Assembly: GCA_964057225.1 (NCBI GenBank)
Contig: OZ059897.1
Coordinates: forward strand, 5,766,001 to 5,830,000
Direction of reading: 5' to 3'
DNA length: 64,000 nt
Source of the DNA: Auanema rhodensis
Taxonomy: Eukaryota > Animalia > Nematoda
In this document: positions 42,899-55,076 of the stretch, one piece after another
Position numbering within the stretch: the stretch's first letter is position 1
Layout of the letters: each line of letters starts with the position of its first letter
Notes under the pieces: generated by a model
Seen by the model: the letters and a program-made list of their open reading frames with translations, nothing else
Databases searched by the model: none
Told to the model about the DNA's origin: nothing
Translations under genes and position numbers: made by a program

Positions 42899-45058
42899 AT
42901 GATGTCGTTCTGTAGATTTACTATTCTACCAAAGTTTCTTCTGTATGCCGCTATAGTCTATGTATGTACTTCTTTGATTGTGACATGTGAGTTTCATTGA
43001 GTTACCCCGCTTATAGGTTGCTTACAATAAAATTTTAGTTGTCTTAGTTTGTAGCTTAATTATATCAATAATCAACTAACTTGTGAAAGGTTTACTGTAA
43101 TTTTTAGTTTTGTCTAATGAGCCTTCCATTGAAACTCCGCCCCAGTACTCTTTCCCGGAAATTCCAACCTTATGGCAGGATTTTTGTCAATTTCTCGAGT
43201 ATTCTGTGGAAGGAGTGGAAGGAGATTTCGATAACAAAACATATAGGTTACGCGGTTTAGGGATTGTATTCAGACATGGTGAACGGTAACATTACAGTTA
43301 TTACAAATTGAATTACGTCTTAAACTATTCAAGATCTCCTATAGCTATTCATGACGAGTTGACAGTTTGTAAACCATATAGAGAGATTGATAGACAATTA
43401 TTCAACCAATATGCTCAAACTATTCAATCGGATGATATGAGCTTGTTTTTGACCTCGGATAAGAAATTTATTGATTTTCCAAAAGTTCCTGACGGGTTGG
43501 GTCGAATCTAAATGATGACTTCTTATGTTCTTGACTATTAGGTCGGAATGTCGAGCCGGTGAGCTTACCGCAGAAGGAGCATTGCAACATGTTCGTCTTG
43601 GACAATACATGAACTCTAAGTATGGCTCATCATCTTTATTCGATACAGGTTCTCAATTTATTTAATAAAATAAAAAAAAGAATGTAATATTTTAAGATTA
43701 TCATTTAAATGTGTCAATAACATCATCACAATATCATAGAACATATCAGTCTGCTTTAGCCTTCACTTCTTCTTTTCTCTATCCACAGCGTTATTTAATA
43801 CCAAGCTTATTCATTAAAGTTAGTTTTATTATATTAGGTATAGCTTAGTGTATTTTCGTTCAATGCTTTAATAACCAAAATAAAATATGGTTATATGTTG
43901 ACAATTTTGTGATGTGTGAACATCTGTTTCTCCCCAAAGATGCTGCTAATTTTCGGACGCATTCAAATCATGAAATGCATAAACGAATATATTCAAGTCA
44001 TGAATTGAAATCAACTTTATTTACATTTATTTTTGTAAAATCTTTCAAGTTATATTTCAAATATTTTTGTTCTAAATCAAATGTTATAGGCATCAAATTT
44101 TAGTTACTTATGTACTCATGAAGCTTGTAGCTGTTCAATCGCACGTTCATTACGTAAACGATATGAGAAAGTAGGTTTAAGCTTTATAGTTGTTCTTAAA
44201 TTGTACTATTGTAGGAATGTACAGATGTTTTTAAATCAAATGCTCCAAGTTACATGCAAGATACTGCTTTAAGATTACGTAAACTACAATCATTTAAACA
44301 TGTGATAGATCCATTTGAAATATTAGATGTTTCACTCGGAAGGTTAGTCTGACATGCTACTTTTCCAAACTTTGTTTTTTACAGGTATATCTGTCGGCGT
44401 CATCCCTTACCATGCTTTAATGATGACACTTGTCTCACATATGAGTTTTTGTCGGAGGTTTTATCATAATTAATTGAATTGATCTGTATCATACGGTTTC
44501 TATTACAGATTTTGAATTATGCAACATCTCGAAGTAGTTTTGTATTTTCTGAAAGTGACAAATATATTGCTAAACGTCTTCAACTAGTTGAATCTCATGG
44601 AGTGCTATTTCATTTACGGGATTTGATATTACGACTGAAGCAATTTCCACATACAAATATGATTAAGGTGAAATACTTGAAAACAATGTTTATGAACTTT
44701 TTTATTTTTAGATTTTTTCTGGTCATGATGTTACTGTGGGGCCACTTTTGCGAGTTCTTGGGGTCCCGTTCACTGATCCTCCTCATTACGCGTCTCGAAT
44801 AGCTTTTGAGGTAATAGTATTGTTCAGAAAATCATAATAAGTTCATTTCAGCTACTTGAGCATAATCAAACAAAAAAACTATTTTTACGGTTAATTTATA
44901 ACGGCGAAGATGTTACAAAGCACATTTATATTTGTAAAAATCTTTATAACGGATTATGTCCTATAGGCTTTATTGAAGAATTTATTAAAACTGAATTACC
45001 ACATCTGTTAAAAGAGAAATCTGTTACAGAGTTTTGTAAAAAGTTTATTGATGAATAA
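42899..45058 (+). CDS. Histidine acid phosphatase, 2-phosphoxylose phosphatase (PXYLP1/ACPL2)-like, type II membrane anchor
   Basis: N-terminal TM; RHGERSP catalytic motif (split by an intron); CRAGELTAEGALQHVRLG; FSGHDVT; PPHYASRIAFE. Confidence 0.88.
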
Positions 45059-45206
45059 GTATTGTTATATACAAGATTGGGTACAGAATATTATGAAGTA
45101 AATATTTGAAATTGTTATCAACGCTTTGTTTCACCTGTTCGCCACAGTTTAATACATGATAATTTTTAAAATTTTCATTGAGTAAAAAGAAAAAACATTT
45201 GTAGTC

Positions 45207-47260
45207 ATGGAGAAATGTCCCGACGAACCTGGGTCTAGCTCTGCATGCTCTGGTTTGACTTCATTTAATTTTCATGACCAATTTCTTTCTATTCAGATGA
45301 AGCTGATAAAAAAGTATTCGCTTTGTTTGAAGATTCGGACGGTGAAGAATATATTAGTGATCAATTGGAAGTTTCGAGTATATCTAATGAAAAAACAGGA
45401 TGGATTGATAAAATTAAAAAGTACTTTTCATATTTCTTTAATGAATTATGATAAAGCTTTAGAGCTGGTTCCGTTTTCTCGAGTATAAGACCAACAGCTT
45501 CTAAGGAAAATTTAAAGAAAAGATTCTGGTCTACGTGGAACAATTTCAAATATTCTGGTACAGTGATGTAGCTTATGAAAAAAAAACATTTTTTTTCACA
45601 GGAAAATGGATGAGTGATCGTACTTCCGAATATGATGAAGGGAGTGAAATAGTTCTGCTTGGCAGCTCATATTCTCCTGAAGCTTCAGGTTTTTGCATTT
45701 TTTTATGACATTATGAATGATTGAATTTAAAATGTAGGTAGAGAGGAAGGATTTGCAAATTTTGTGTTGCATTATTACTCAAGAATTTGGGTTACTTATC
45801 GAACTCACATGGAAGCTTTATGTAATACAAACGTAGGTTTATTCTTATTGCAAAGACAATATTTAATTTATAGTATACCACTGATTGTGGCTGGGGTTGT
45901 ATGATAAGAACTACACAGATGATGGTTGCACAATCTATAATTATAAATCATCTTGGAAGAGGTTATACATTACGTTCAGGAGGAAACATCTTCGAAAATT
46001 TAAGATTGGCGTTCAAATTCTCTGCGGGAAAAATTAGGATTAGACGTTCTTGAAGCTTTAGGAGAGCATGATGAAGAAATTCATTTGCAAATTATTCGGC
46101 TGTTTGAGGTTATAAACGTTTTCCATTCTAAACTTGCATATTTTTTTGTAGGATACCCCTACAGCATCGTTAGGTTTTCATAAGATGATGTCTTTCGCTT
46201 ATGATGATATAGGAGCTAAAGCTATAGGTAGATGGTATTCACCGTCGGAAAGCATATCATTGATGAGGTAAATTTATTTTGAAATAAGTATTTAATCGAA
46301 TTTAAAATGTGCACAGCGGAACAGACCAGTTCATAATAATTTAAAATCAAAAGTGATTTACGTGAGAACCACGTGCCTACTTTCAATATGCTAATGAACT
46401 AGCGCTCAAATTACTGAGTTTCTCAGTTTTTGTGTTTTTAGGAAAGCTATCATCACTTCAACCTCACCATTAGTTAGCGATTTGGCTATTTTGTTGTGTG
46501 TTGATGGACTATTGAAATTAAGTGATGTAGAGATTCTTAGTAGAGCTTGGACCAAAAGCTTATTAATCATTATAACCGTAAGATTAGGAACTACTGAACC
46601 CAATATGGTAAAGTTTATTAGCATAAAGTTTGAAATTTGGTTTTTATTCTTCAGATATATCTTAAGCATGTACAGCACATTTTAAAATTAACAACTTGCG
46701 TAGGAATTGTTGGAGGAAAACCTGAACATTCACTATACTTCATCGGTTTTCATAAAGAAGTAAATATATATATTATCAACTAAAACCATTTTCCTTTTTT
46801 AGCAATTAATATATCTCGATCCTCATGTAGCTCGAGATTATGTACCACTGCCGGAATCGCTCAAATCATGGCGAGATGTTTCTGAAAGCTCATATAATAA
46901 CTCAAAGCATAATCCTCTTCATCTTTATCATTGTAAATATATGTCAATGACTCCATATGCACATATTGATCCCAGTTGTGCTGTAGGTTTACTAATTCAG
47001 AACCACAAGCAATTCATGGAAACTGTGGCAACTCTGGAAGCCGTAAGTCATTGGTTTGTATATTTTTTGGAGTACGATATTCACTAATTCAGTGTAATAC
47101 AATCGATGTGGATGATGGTACGCCATCTCGTAGTAGTCGAACAAGTGATCCGTTATTCGCTGTCTTACTATCAGATAATCCAAGTTTTTCATTAAACAAA
47201 TCAGCCCCAACAGAGGATGAGAAACAGACGGCCAATGAACATGGCTTTGAGATTTTATAG
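45207..47260 (+). CDS. atg-4: ATG4 cysteine protease (peptidase C54)
   Basis: SRIWVTYR, TDCGWGCMIRTTQMMVAQ (catalytic Cys), GIVGGKPEHSLYFIG, YLDPH, IDPSCAVGL. Confidence 0.95.
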
Positions 47261-47397
47261 TAAAAAATTGGAAATTTAGATCATTTATCTATTTCCTTTT
47301 GTTTTATCCTTTATAATTATATGGGTTTGTATATTATAAGTAATACTACTACTGTACATATATGTGTAAATTTAATTGTATTCATTTAAAAAAATAA

Positions 47398-50146
47398 CTA
47401 GACGGCAAAAGAAGCATAATCTCTTTTGAGAAGAGGTGTATTTTCATTTTCCTCTCTATCACAGATAGAATCCATTACTTCAATTGTTTTAGACTGTCCC
47501 AGATCTGAAAAACATAATAAATAATTTCATAATAATAGTTCTAATTGCTTGTCAATTACTTACATTGCTTATGGAATTCCAGCTTATCTGTTTTAATGAA
47601 TAATGCTCGAGATAGTGGTGACCGTTGGCCATCCTTGAATATAGCAGTTGCACTGAACATGTAAAACCAATCAAATCGAAGATCCGGAAATACAACCTGA
47701 GACAAAAAACATATGATTATTCTAAAAATTATGTTTGTACTTTTCGTCCATTAACTGGAATTTTATCCCATTCCGATAAAGAAGCATTCGGATTTTCTGT
47801 GAAATATACAATGTAGCTCTGAAATTCATTAAGAATTGTTGTTCGGATAAACAGAAGAAGGCTTATATTCACCTTCACTTCATTTGTTCGTTTATAAGGA
47901 GGTTCCCATGATAATTCAATGGTATTTGCTTTTATCTTCTGTGCCATGATATGCTGAGGACTGAGTTGTGGTTCTGAAGATTAATGATTACTACTACAAA
48001 AATGGTTTAGAACTTATGATACCAGTATATTGAACTAGATACACAGGTTTACTTTCACCATGCTTATTTACAGCTGTTATTCTGAATTGATATAAAGAGC
48101 ATGAATCAACACTCATAATTTCAACAAAGTTCGTTTTAACTCCACGCAGTTCACGAACTTTAGCATCTTCATTATGTCTGAAAGAAGAGAGAATTGATTA
48201 AAAGAAATATAACATTTCTCTTACTTTAATCTATATCTTATATTATAAGTTAAATTCGTATCTGTTGAGAATGCGGGAGCCCAAGCAAGACGAACTGAAT
48301 ACGCTGAAGTACTTACAACCTATAAGCAGCATGTTCGGCCTATTCTGATTAGAGACGAGAACATACCTGACAATCCGATGGTGGATCTGGTGGTAGACGA
48401 GCAAACATGAATTTATCATTTGGCACTAAACATTAACATCAGAAATATTTTCGAAAAAAAGAATAACATACACACATGACTTCCTCTTCGTTTATCTTTC
48501 TTCTTTTTGGACTTTTTGCGTGCAAGTTCACTGTAATCTTTGTGAGCAAAAATCATGCCTCTGGCAAGTTGAGCAAGCAGGGATGCCATGGCTTGTCTTC
48601 TTCGTCTGGAAAAAATATTATTGAGCAAGAACTAACTTCACAGCTTGTAATACCTAGCTTTTGCTTCGCGAATAAGATAGAATGGATTATTACTCTTCAG
48701 TTTTCTACCCAAATAGTGAATTTCTTTCAGATACATTCTTCCCACAACATCCATAAACATTGTAGATAATACAACTCCGCCTAAATAATGGAAAATGAGA
48801 AATTTAAATAATAAAGCCATTAGATAAATTACCCAAAATAACAGCTAAAGTTATCCAAATATTTTGAGGTGATGGTCGAAAATCGCCGAAACCTATAGAA
48901 AAATGGTTTGAAATTGGAAAGTTACATTTTCTTATATACCAACTGTCAAAATACTAATGAATGTGAAATACATGCTTTCAACGTATGTCCAAGATTCTTT
49001 ACGTTGAATAACGTATGAAGCCAGAAGACCGTAGAAGAAGACAAACATGAAAACTACAACAGGCGGAAACCGAACAAGCTTAACCCGATCAAGAATTTCC
49101 TGAAGAAAGATGCTTCTTGATGAGAGCATTAGCTAGTCTAGCTAGGTACCTGTTCACTTTCATCATCAGCAAACATCGGAGCATTTGGATCTGCTCCTTT
49201 TTTGCTAGCTTGCCATCTCATCCAACTTTTCCAAATTTCATAATGTAGAAGAAACACAGATTCAGATATAAATTTGGCAACATTTGCCACAGTTACCAAA
49301 GTCAATGGAATTCCTAGTAAAAATAATCAATAAATTTATTAATTATTATGCTAAAAACCTATCAAACAATATATAACACCAAATAGTCTTCCACTAAAAG
49401 TACTAGGTGCAACATATCCATATCCTATTGAAGTTAACATTGTTGTTGTAAAGAAGACTGAATTCGCAAAATCCCAAGTGGGAGCTTCCTATAAGAATAA
49501 GATTTTTGAACTAAGAACCCTGAATATTGTAAAAGAACAAATATTTTCCAGATTGTGAATCAGATAGTGAGAATCATCGTACCTCATCATAACCATGTCG
49601 AGCAGCTCTATGAGCAGCAAATACAGTATCGGCCAAATCATCAAAATCATCTTTTGTATTTGCTCTAACATGTTCCAACAATTCATCCAAATTCTGAAGA
49701 TAAATCATGTAATATTGCTAAAAGCTGAATTAGGTGTAGTAGATTTGATAGAACAAATGAATTCAATACATTACCTTCTTATTCTTTTCACTTTGAGCTA
49801 AATTCCATATCTGATTCATATATTTTGTGGATGTATCATCTATATTTCTCATTTGTTCTTTTTTAACTTCCTATATATATATATGAAATAGTAATTGAAT
49901 CTTTAATTATAATAGAAAATTTACTTTAAAATGTTCTCCTTCTAATTTTTGAAATAATAAAGCTCCTCCAATAATATAAAAAACACATGTCACTACAAGC
50001 ATTAAATGTGGAGAAAAAAAGCGAGCCATGATTACTTTGAAAACAGGTCTGAAGTATTGCAAATAATTTTGTTTTTTCATTCATTATATAGACAATTTTT
50101 TATTTTGAAATATATAAACTTAAAATTTTTTGATTACAAACCTCAT
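47398..50146 (-). CDS. TWK two-pore-domain K+ channel with two C-terminal fibronectin type III domains
   Basis: P1 TMLTSIGYG, P2 SILTVG|FGD, four TM helices; continues in frame through ...RRGSHV|LPNDKFMFARLPPDPPSDCQ into FN3 (SVRLAWAPA...YQFRITAVNKHGES; IELSWEPP...YIVYF). Confidence 0.9.
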
Positions 50147-53100
50147 TTTGGCAGATCTAGGAATTCAAATGAAATTTGATTCTCCCCAGGTTTACCAAAT
50201 ATAAGTTAAGCGAATGTACTCATATCAAATGAAAGTAAAATTGCTTTTGGACTTTCGTATTATAAATATTGATTTAAAGGAATTTTTATAAAATTAATTT
50301 CATTTTAATAGAATTAAAATTAAATTTCTATTTTAAATTTCTATTAAATCAACATTTTTTAAATTATACTTTTATTAAAATTATTATAATAGTTTTATAA
50401 AAAAATTGACATAATATTATAGGATTAGTTCTGAATAATTAGAATAATAAACATAATTCAACTAAAAATAGTTTTATTTATTTGTTTTTAATTTATAAAA
50501 ATGGGTTTAAAATTAAAAAAAAACTTACGTTTCTTAAAGAAATTAAAAAAATAATAAGAGAAATGTATATGAAAGATTTTCTAAGAACAGTGGTAGTATA
50601 TAGCCACTTCCACCAAATATCGATGCGATTCATCCCCAGAGACCTATTGTGAGAAACGAAGTGCCTTAAGGGTCGGAATCATCAGTTCATTTCTGTTTTG
50701 TCATGTCGATCTTTTTTTATCATTCTGTCAGCTAAAAGTACTTTATTTCTTTATTCTGCAATTGTTGTGGGGGATAATATTTTAAACTTTAAAAGATATT
50801 TATTATAATTATATGATAATTTCATATAGTATTAGATAGTTTTATAGATGTTCTGTTAAGAAAATAGTTATATTACATAGATATCTTCCCTATTTTGTAA
50901 TCCTCTTCTTCTATAGCTATTAGATGAATAGATTGGAAAGTTAGAAGACATCTATTGTGAATCTCTGCTCTCTCTTCTTCAACTTTCTTTCGATTTAACC
51001 TCCTTGTCTATTGTAAAGGAAATAGCCTAATTGTCCCTTTTGGAGCACAATTCACTAATAAGGCTTCTCAATGCTTAAAGCCGCCAAGAAGCGAAGCGAT
51101 TGATAGAGTAAGAGCTCCTTAATGAGGATGTTTGACCTGATGTAACTGTCGGCAACTGCCTCCTGACTACATCAAATTTAGATGAAGAGAGAGCATAAGA
51201 GAGTAAGAGGTTGATGGAGACAGCGCACTAAAGAGTACAGTATTCAGGATAGAGAAGAAAGAGAGGTCAGATAGATGAGTTCCTGAGATGCCTGATGTGC
51301 CAGATGGTCTAAGGGTCTGCATGCGCTAGCTCATGCTCTCTCAACATTTTTCATTCTTTGAATCTCTCAGACAAGTCTAATCTCTCATTCGGAACAGACT
51401 TGACAAGCTTCTCTCATCTATTTCTCTTTTTCTCTCGCTCTCTACATCACTTGCACACTGTTTTCTTTATTTCTCACCGTCTGCTCAATGGCAACAGCAA
51501 TCCCAGTAACTGCTCGCACTCTAACATGCCAGCCACCCAGCTCTTCCTTCTTATACGCATGCCGACCTCATTCATACATTAGCGGAATAGCTTTTTACGT
51601 AACGTGACGGCTACAATCTCAATTGGCTATTAAGGCTAGTTGACTAGATGAACTGAGACCTATCAGCTGGTCACAAAGACCATGTAAATGGCTATCTTGA
51701 CTCTCAGCTCTTGTCGGCTCACCAATGAAAACCGCTTTAATGGATTTTCTTGTGCTTCTTCTTTTTATCTTCTTTTCATACTATATATCTTTTAGTGTTT
51801 GACCCTATAGAGGAAGCTGACTCAATTTATATTCTAAATAACTGAGAAAAAAGGAGATTCAAGTAATTAAAGGAAAAGCCTGTTATTAATCACATCGGCT
51901 TTTACCAAAAGTTACAGGTGGTAAATTGCCGGAAAAGGGTTGAAATTAGTATGCACTATATGATATACGGAATTACTTTCCATATTTCCGTTGTTTTAAT
52001 GCTCAAATCAAATCTAATTATGATGAGAATAAATATATTGAATAGGAGGAGTGTAATCAATTCATATAATATATGAAATCTTATGTATCTTATCAGAAAT
52101 ATTATAAGGCATAGAACTTTGGTAATCTATTGAACAACATACAATACGACAATCTACATACATACTATATAAGATTCTGTTGAAACTGCTGTAAGACGAC
52201 TTCAATCTATTTCGAGTACAAGTAGTGAACCGCTTATCTCAGATGTTACTAATCCCCTTGTGCAGCATGTGCGCATCAGCTAAAATCCTCTGATCTGATG
52301 ATCGAAAAAGAGAAGGAATAAGAGGCTGAAAAGAAAGAACATGATGGCTTTATTTGGACAGAAGATGATATGGTTTCATCCGTTAGAAGCTATAGTCTTG
52401 ATTTCCTTTGATGATGCTCTGGCAGAACAGATTGAGCATACACAGCGAGCTGGCTGAAGACAACGTGACGTTGCAAGATGAGACGAAGTATGCCAAAGGC
52501 GGTTAGATGATCAAAATCAGTTTGTGTTGCTTTCATCCAATCGTATTTATCTTCAAAATAGAGAAATCGGATCCAGCTTGCTCGTAAGATCGCGAGATCA
52601 AGAAGCCTATACAAAGAAAGGTTGACTTAGATGAAACTGGATAGAAAGATGCAAATTTTCGTAACAAACAGCGATATACGGTAATTCAGATTGGCGTACA
52701 TGGAAATAAAGAAGAATTTACCTACTGAATACTATACTCAAACACAGCGATTAAGCATTTAGCTAATGCTCAGAGCTATTGCTCCCGATACATAAACAAG
52801 TTTACGAGGTTCAGTTAACTATAACAATATCAATTTGAATAGTTATGCATGTCAGCTTAGTGCGTTTGTTGACAGACTGATTGCACTACACTATACTTTT
52901 TTTTTTCAAACGACTCATTGGTCAAGAGAATTACACACATTCACTCGCCAATTTACATGTGAAGTAGGACGATTAGCAAATCCAGATGAAACACGTGCAT
53001 TCATGAGGTCGTTAGGCTCGTCCAAGCTTCTCAATGTTCACTACATCGTTTTCTTGATCATTTCGAACATCTAATACATGTAGTTAGACGGCGAGAATGA

Positions 53101-53757
53101 ATGCACGAAAGGAGAGTGAGCAGGAGATTCATGAGAGACAGGAAGACGTCAACTCTAAACGAAAGATCTGCACATGCGGTACAGCTATTTCAGCCATCCG
53201 TGTGACCTTGCCAACTCCAGTCATATCTTCTTATTGAGCGCTTTAACATGCTTCTCTGTTTCTTTTTCACACTTTGTGTTTTTGAACATCTTTTTTCCTG
53301 TCGGCACGATACTCTATCGGCCATGCCATCCCATCAGGAGGCCAAGCACCTTTTCAAGTTTATTTGCTCATCACATGTTTCATGCAGCATCCGGTCATAG
53401 GTCTTCTAGCTTACCCTATCACACCGTTCATAATCAACATTGTATTTTTGACTTGTACGTCGCTGTGATTTCTTGAAAGAAACCGACTAATCATCTGCTG
53501 TGAGACCGGAACTTTCTCAAGCTCGTTGGGTCAATCAACACAGACTTTGATTCTGTTGTCGGATGCTTTCTGAAACATGCACAGCTAAAGCTTGAATTTG
53601 ATCAGAATCTTGAATGAATAACATTCTGCAGCTTATTTTTGAGTTGAACAAGAAATACGGAAGACGCAGTAAAATATTTTTTCCGGAATAAATCCAAAAA
53701 AATCGCATCTGTGAGCTTGTTTCTCCATAATTATTCTATTTCAATTGCACGAAGAGA

Positions 53758-53797
<40 letters not shown>
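53758..53797. repeat. (ATG/GAT)n trinucleotide microsatellite
   Basis: About 13 perfect ATG units. Confidence 0.95.
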
Positions 53798-53799
<2 letters not shown>

Positions 53800-54953
53800 A
53801 CCGTGTCCTGATGTAGAAACATGTGCTTCTCCATACAGACAACATTCATTATGCTTGTGTTCCCTAATCCACTCCTTAGACTAATCGAATCAAAACACGT
53901 ACAAGGGTTCAATTAAGTAGTTGAATCATCCGTAACATCAATTCTATTAAGTTAACAATAACAATCTGTGTATATTCACATAAGGAAATTGAAAAGTGAA
54001 AAATCCTTCACAGTTCTCTCAAAAAAAAAATTCAAAGAATTAAAAAAAATTTCAAATCTAAGCTAAAAATAGGAAACTACAACTAGAGATGATGCAATTA
54101 TTACTAATAATCTTATTGGTAATAAGTCTGCAATTACTAGATGATTTTATATTTTTTTCCTTTTTCTTCATAAAAAGGAACACGTGTTCTATCTGCCTCT
54201 TTTGTTCTTCTGATCGTTTTTTTTCTTCTTTCATTCAATATCTCAATACACAGGTTCATATAAGGTCATTAAAGATTTGTGAATTCGATCAACCAGCTGC
54301 TCCTAATTTAAGCAATAATTTCAATCTTATTATTAATAAAAGAAAGAAGAAAAAAACTATTTATACTTCTTCTATAGAAATAAAATGTTTTTTAAATATT
54401 TGAAACATCATGAGCATTTTCAAGAGTTAACAACTTGAATATTATTGTGTTCAGAAAGTTCTTGAGACTTTTCAATTCTACATAACTATTACATAGAAAA
54501 ACTCAAAACCAAATTGATTTTTATTAAATTTTGATCACATATTTGCTATATCTCTATGCTCTATCCTATAGCTGAATGATCATGCTGCAACTTCACGTGA
54601 TAACAACCCCAGATTATCATTTTGAACGCTTTAGCTTTAAAATTTCACATCTATTTCAATTATTATAGCTATACTGATAATTAAATATTCATTAATCATT
54701 CTAACCTTGTATTCTAAATCCTGGTCATGTGTTTCCGGATTGACTTGACTGTCAATTTCCCGTTTTTCGTTGCAAATTCTGCTATATGACGCATGCATAT
54801 ATAGTTATCATATTTGCAAAACAAATGATTTCATAAATATCTATTTGAAAAAAAAGTTTTTGTTCCTTGTTTTCTTTAACTTCATTTAATTATTTTATTA
54901 ATTAGCTATATGACCCATCTGTCAGCAATGGAGCAATCAGACAGGCAACGCTC

Positions 54954-55076
54954 ATTGGCTGACTCCGCCCACCTCATGCTCAGACTCCGCCCACCAAGGG
55001 GTTGGTCCTGGATATGGTGAGTCTACTAACATAGAGCAGCGATTTTCACCCAAAAGGGAAGGAAACGGATCCGGAA
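54954..55076 (+). promoter_or_regulatory. ast-1 proximal promoter: inverted CCAAT, tandem GC-boxes, ETS-core cluster
   Basis: ATTGG at ~54955; GACTCCGCCCACC at 54961-54973 and 54983-54995; GGAAGGAAACGGATCCGGAA running into the ATG. Confidence 0.55.

Noticed and set aside
50600-54900. Short ORFs between the TWK gene and ast-1
   Set aside because: No coherent exon chain or motif; consistent with a long regulatory region
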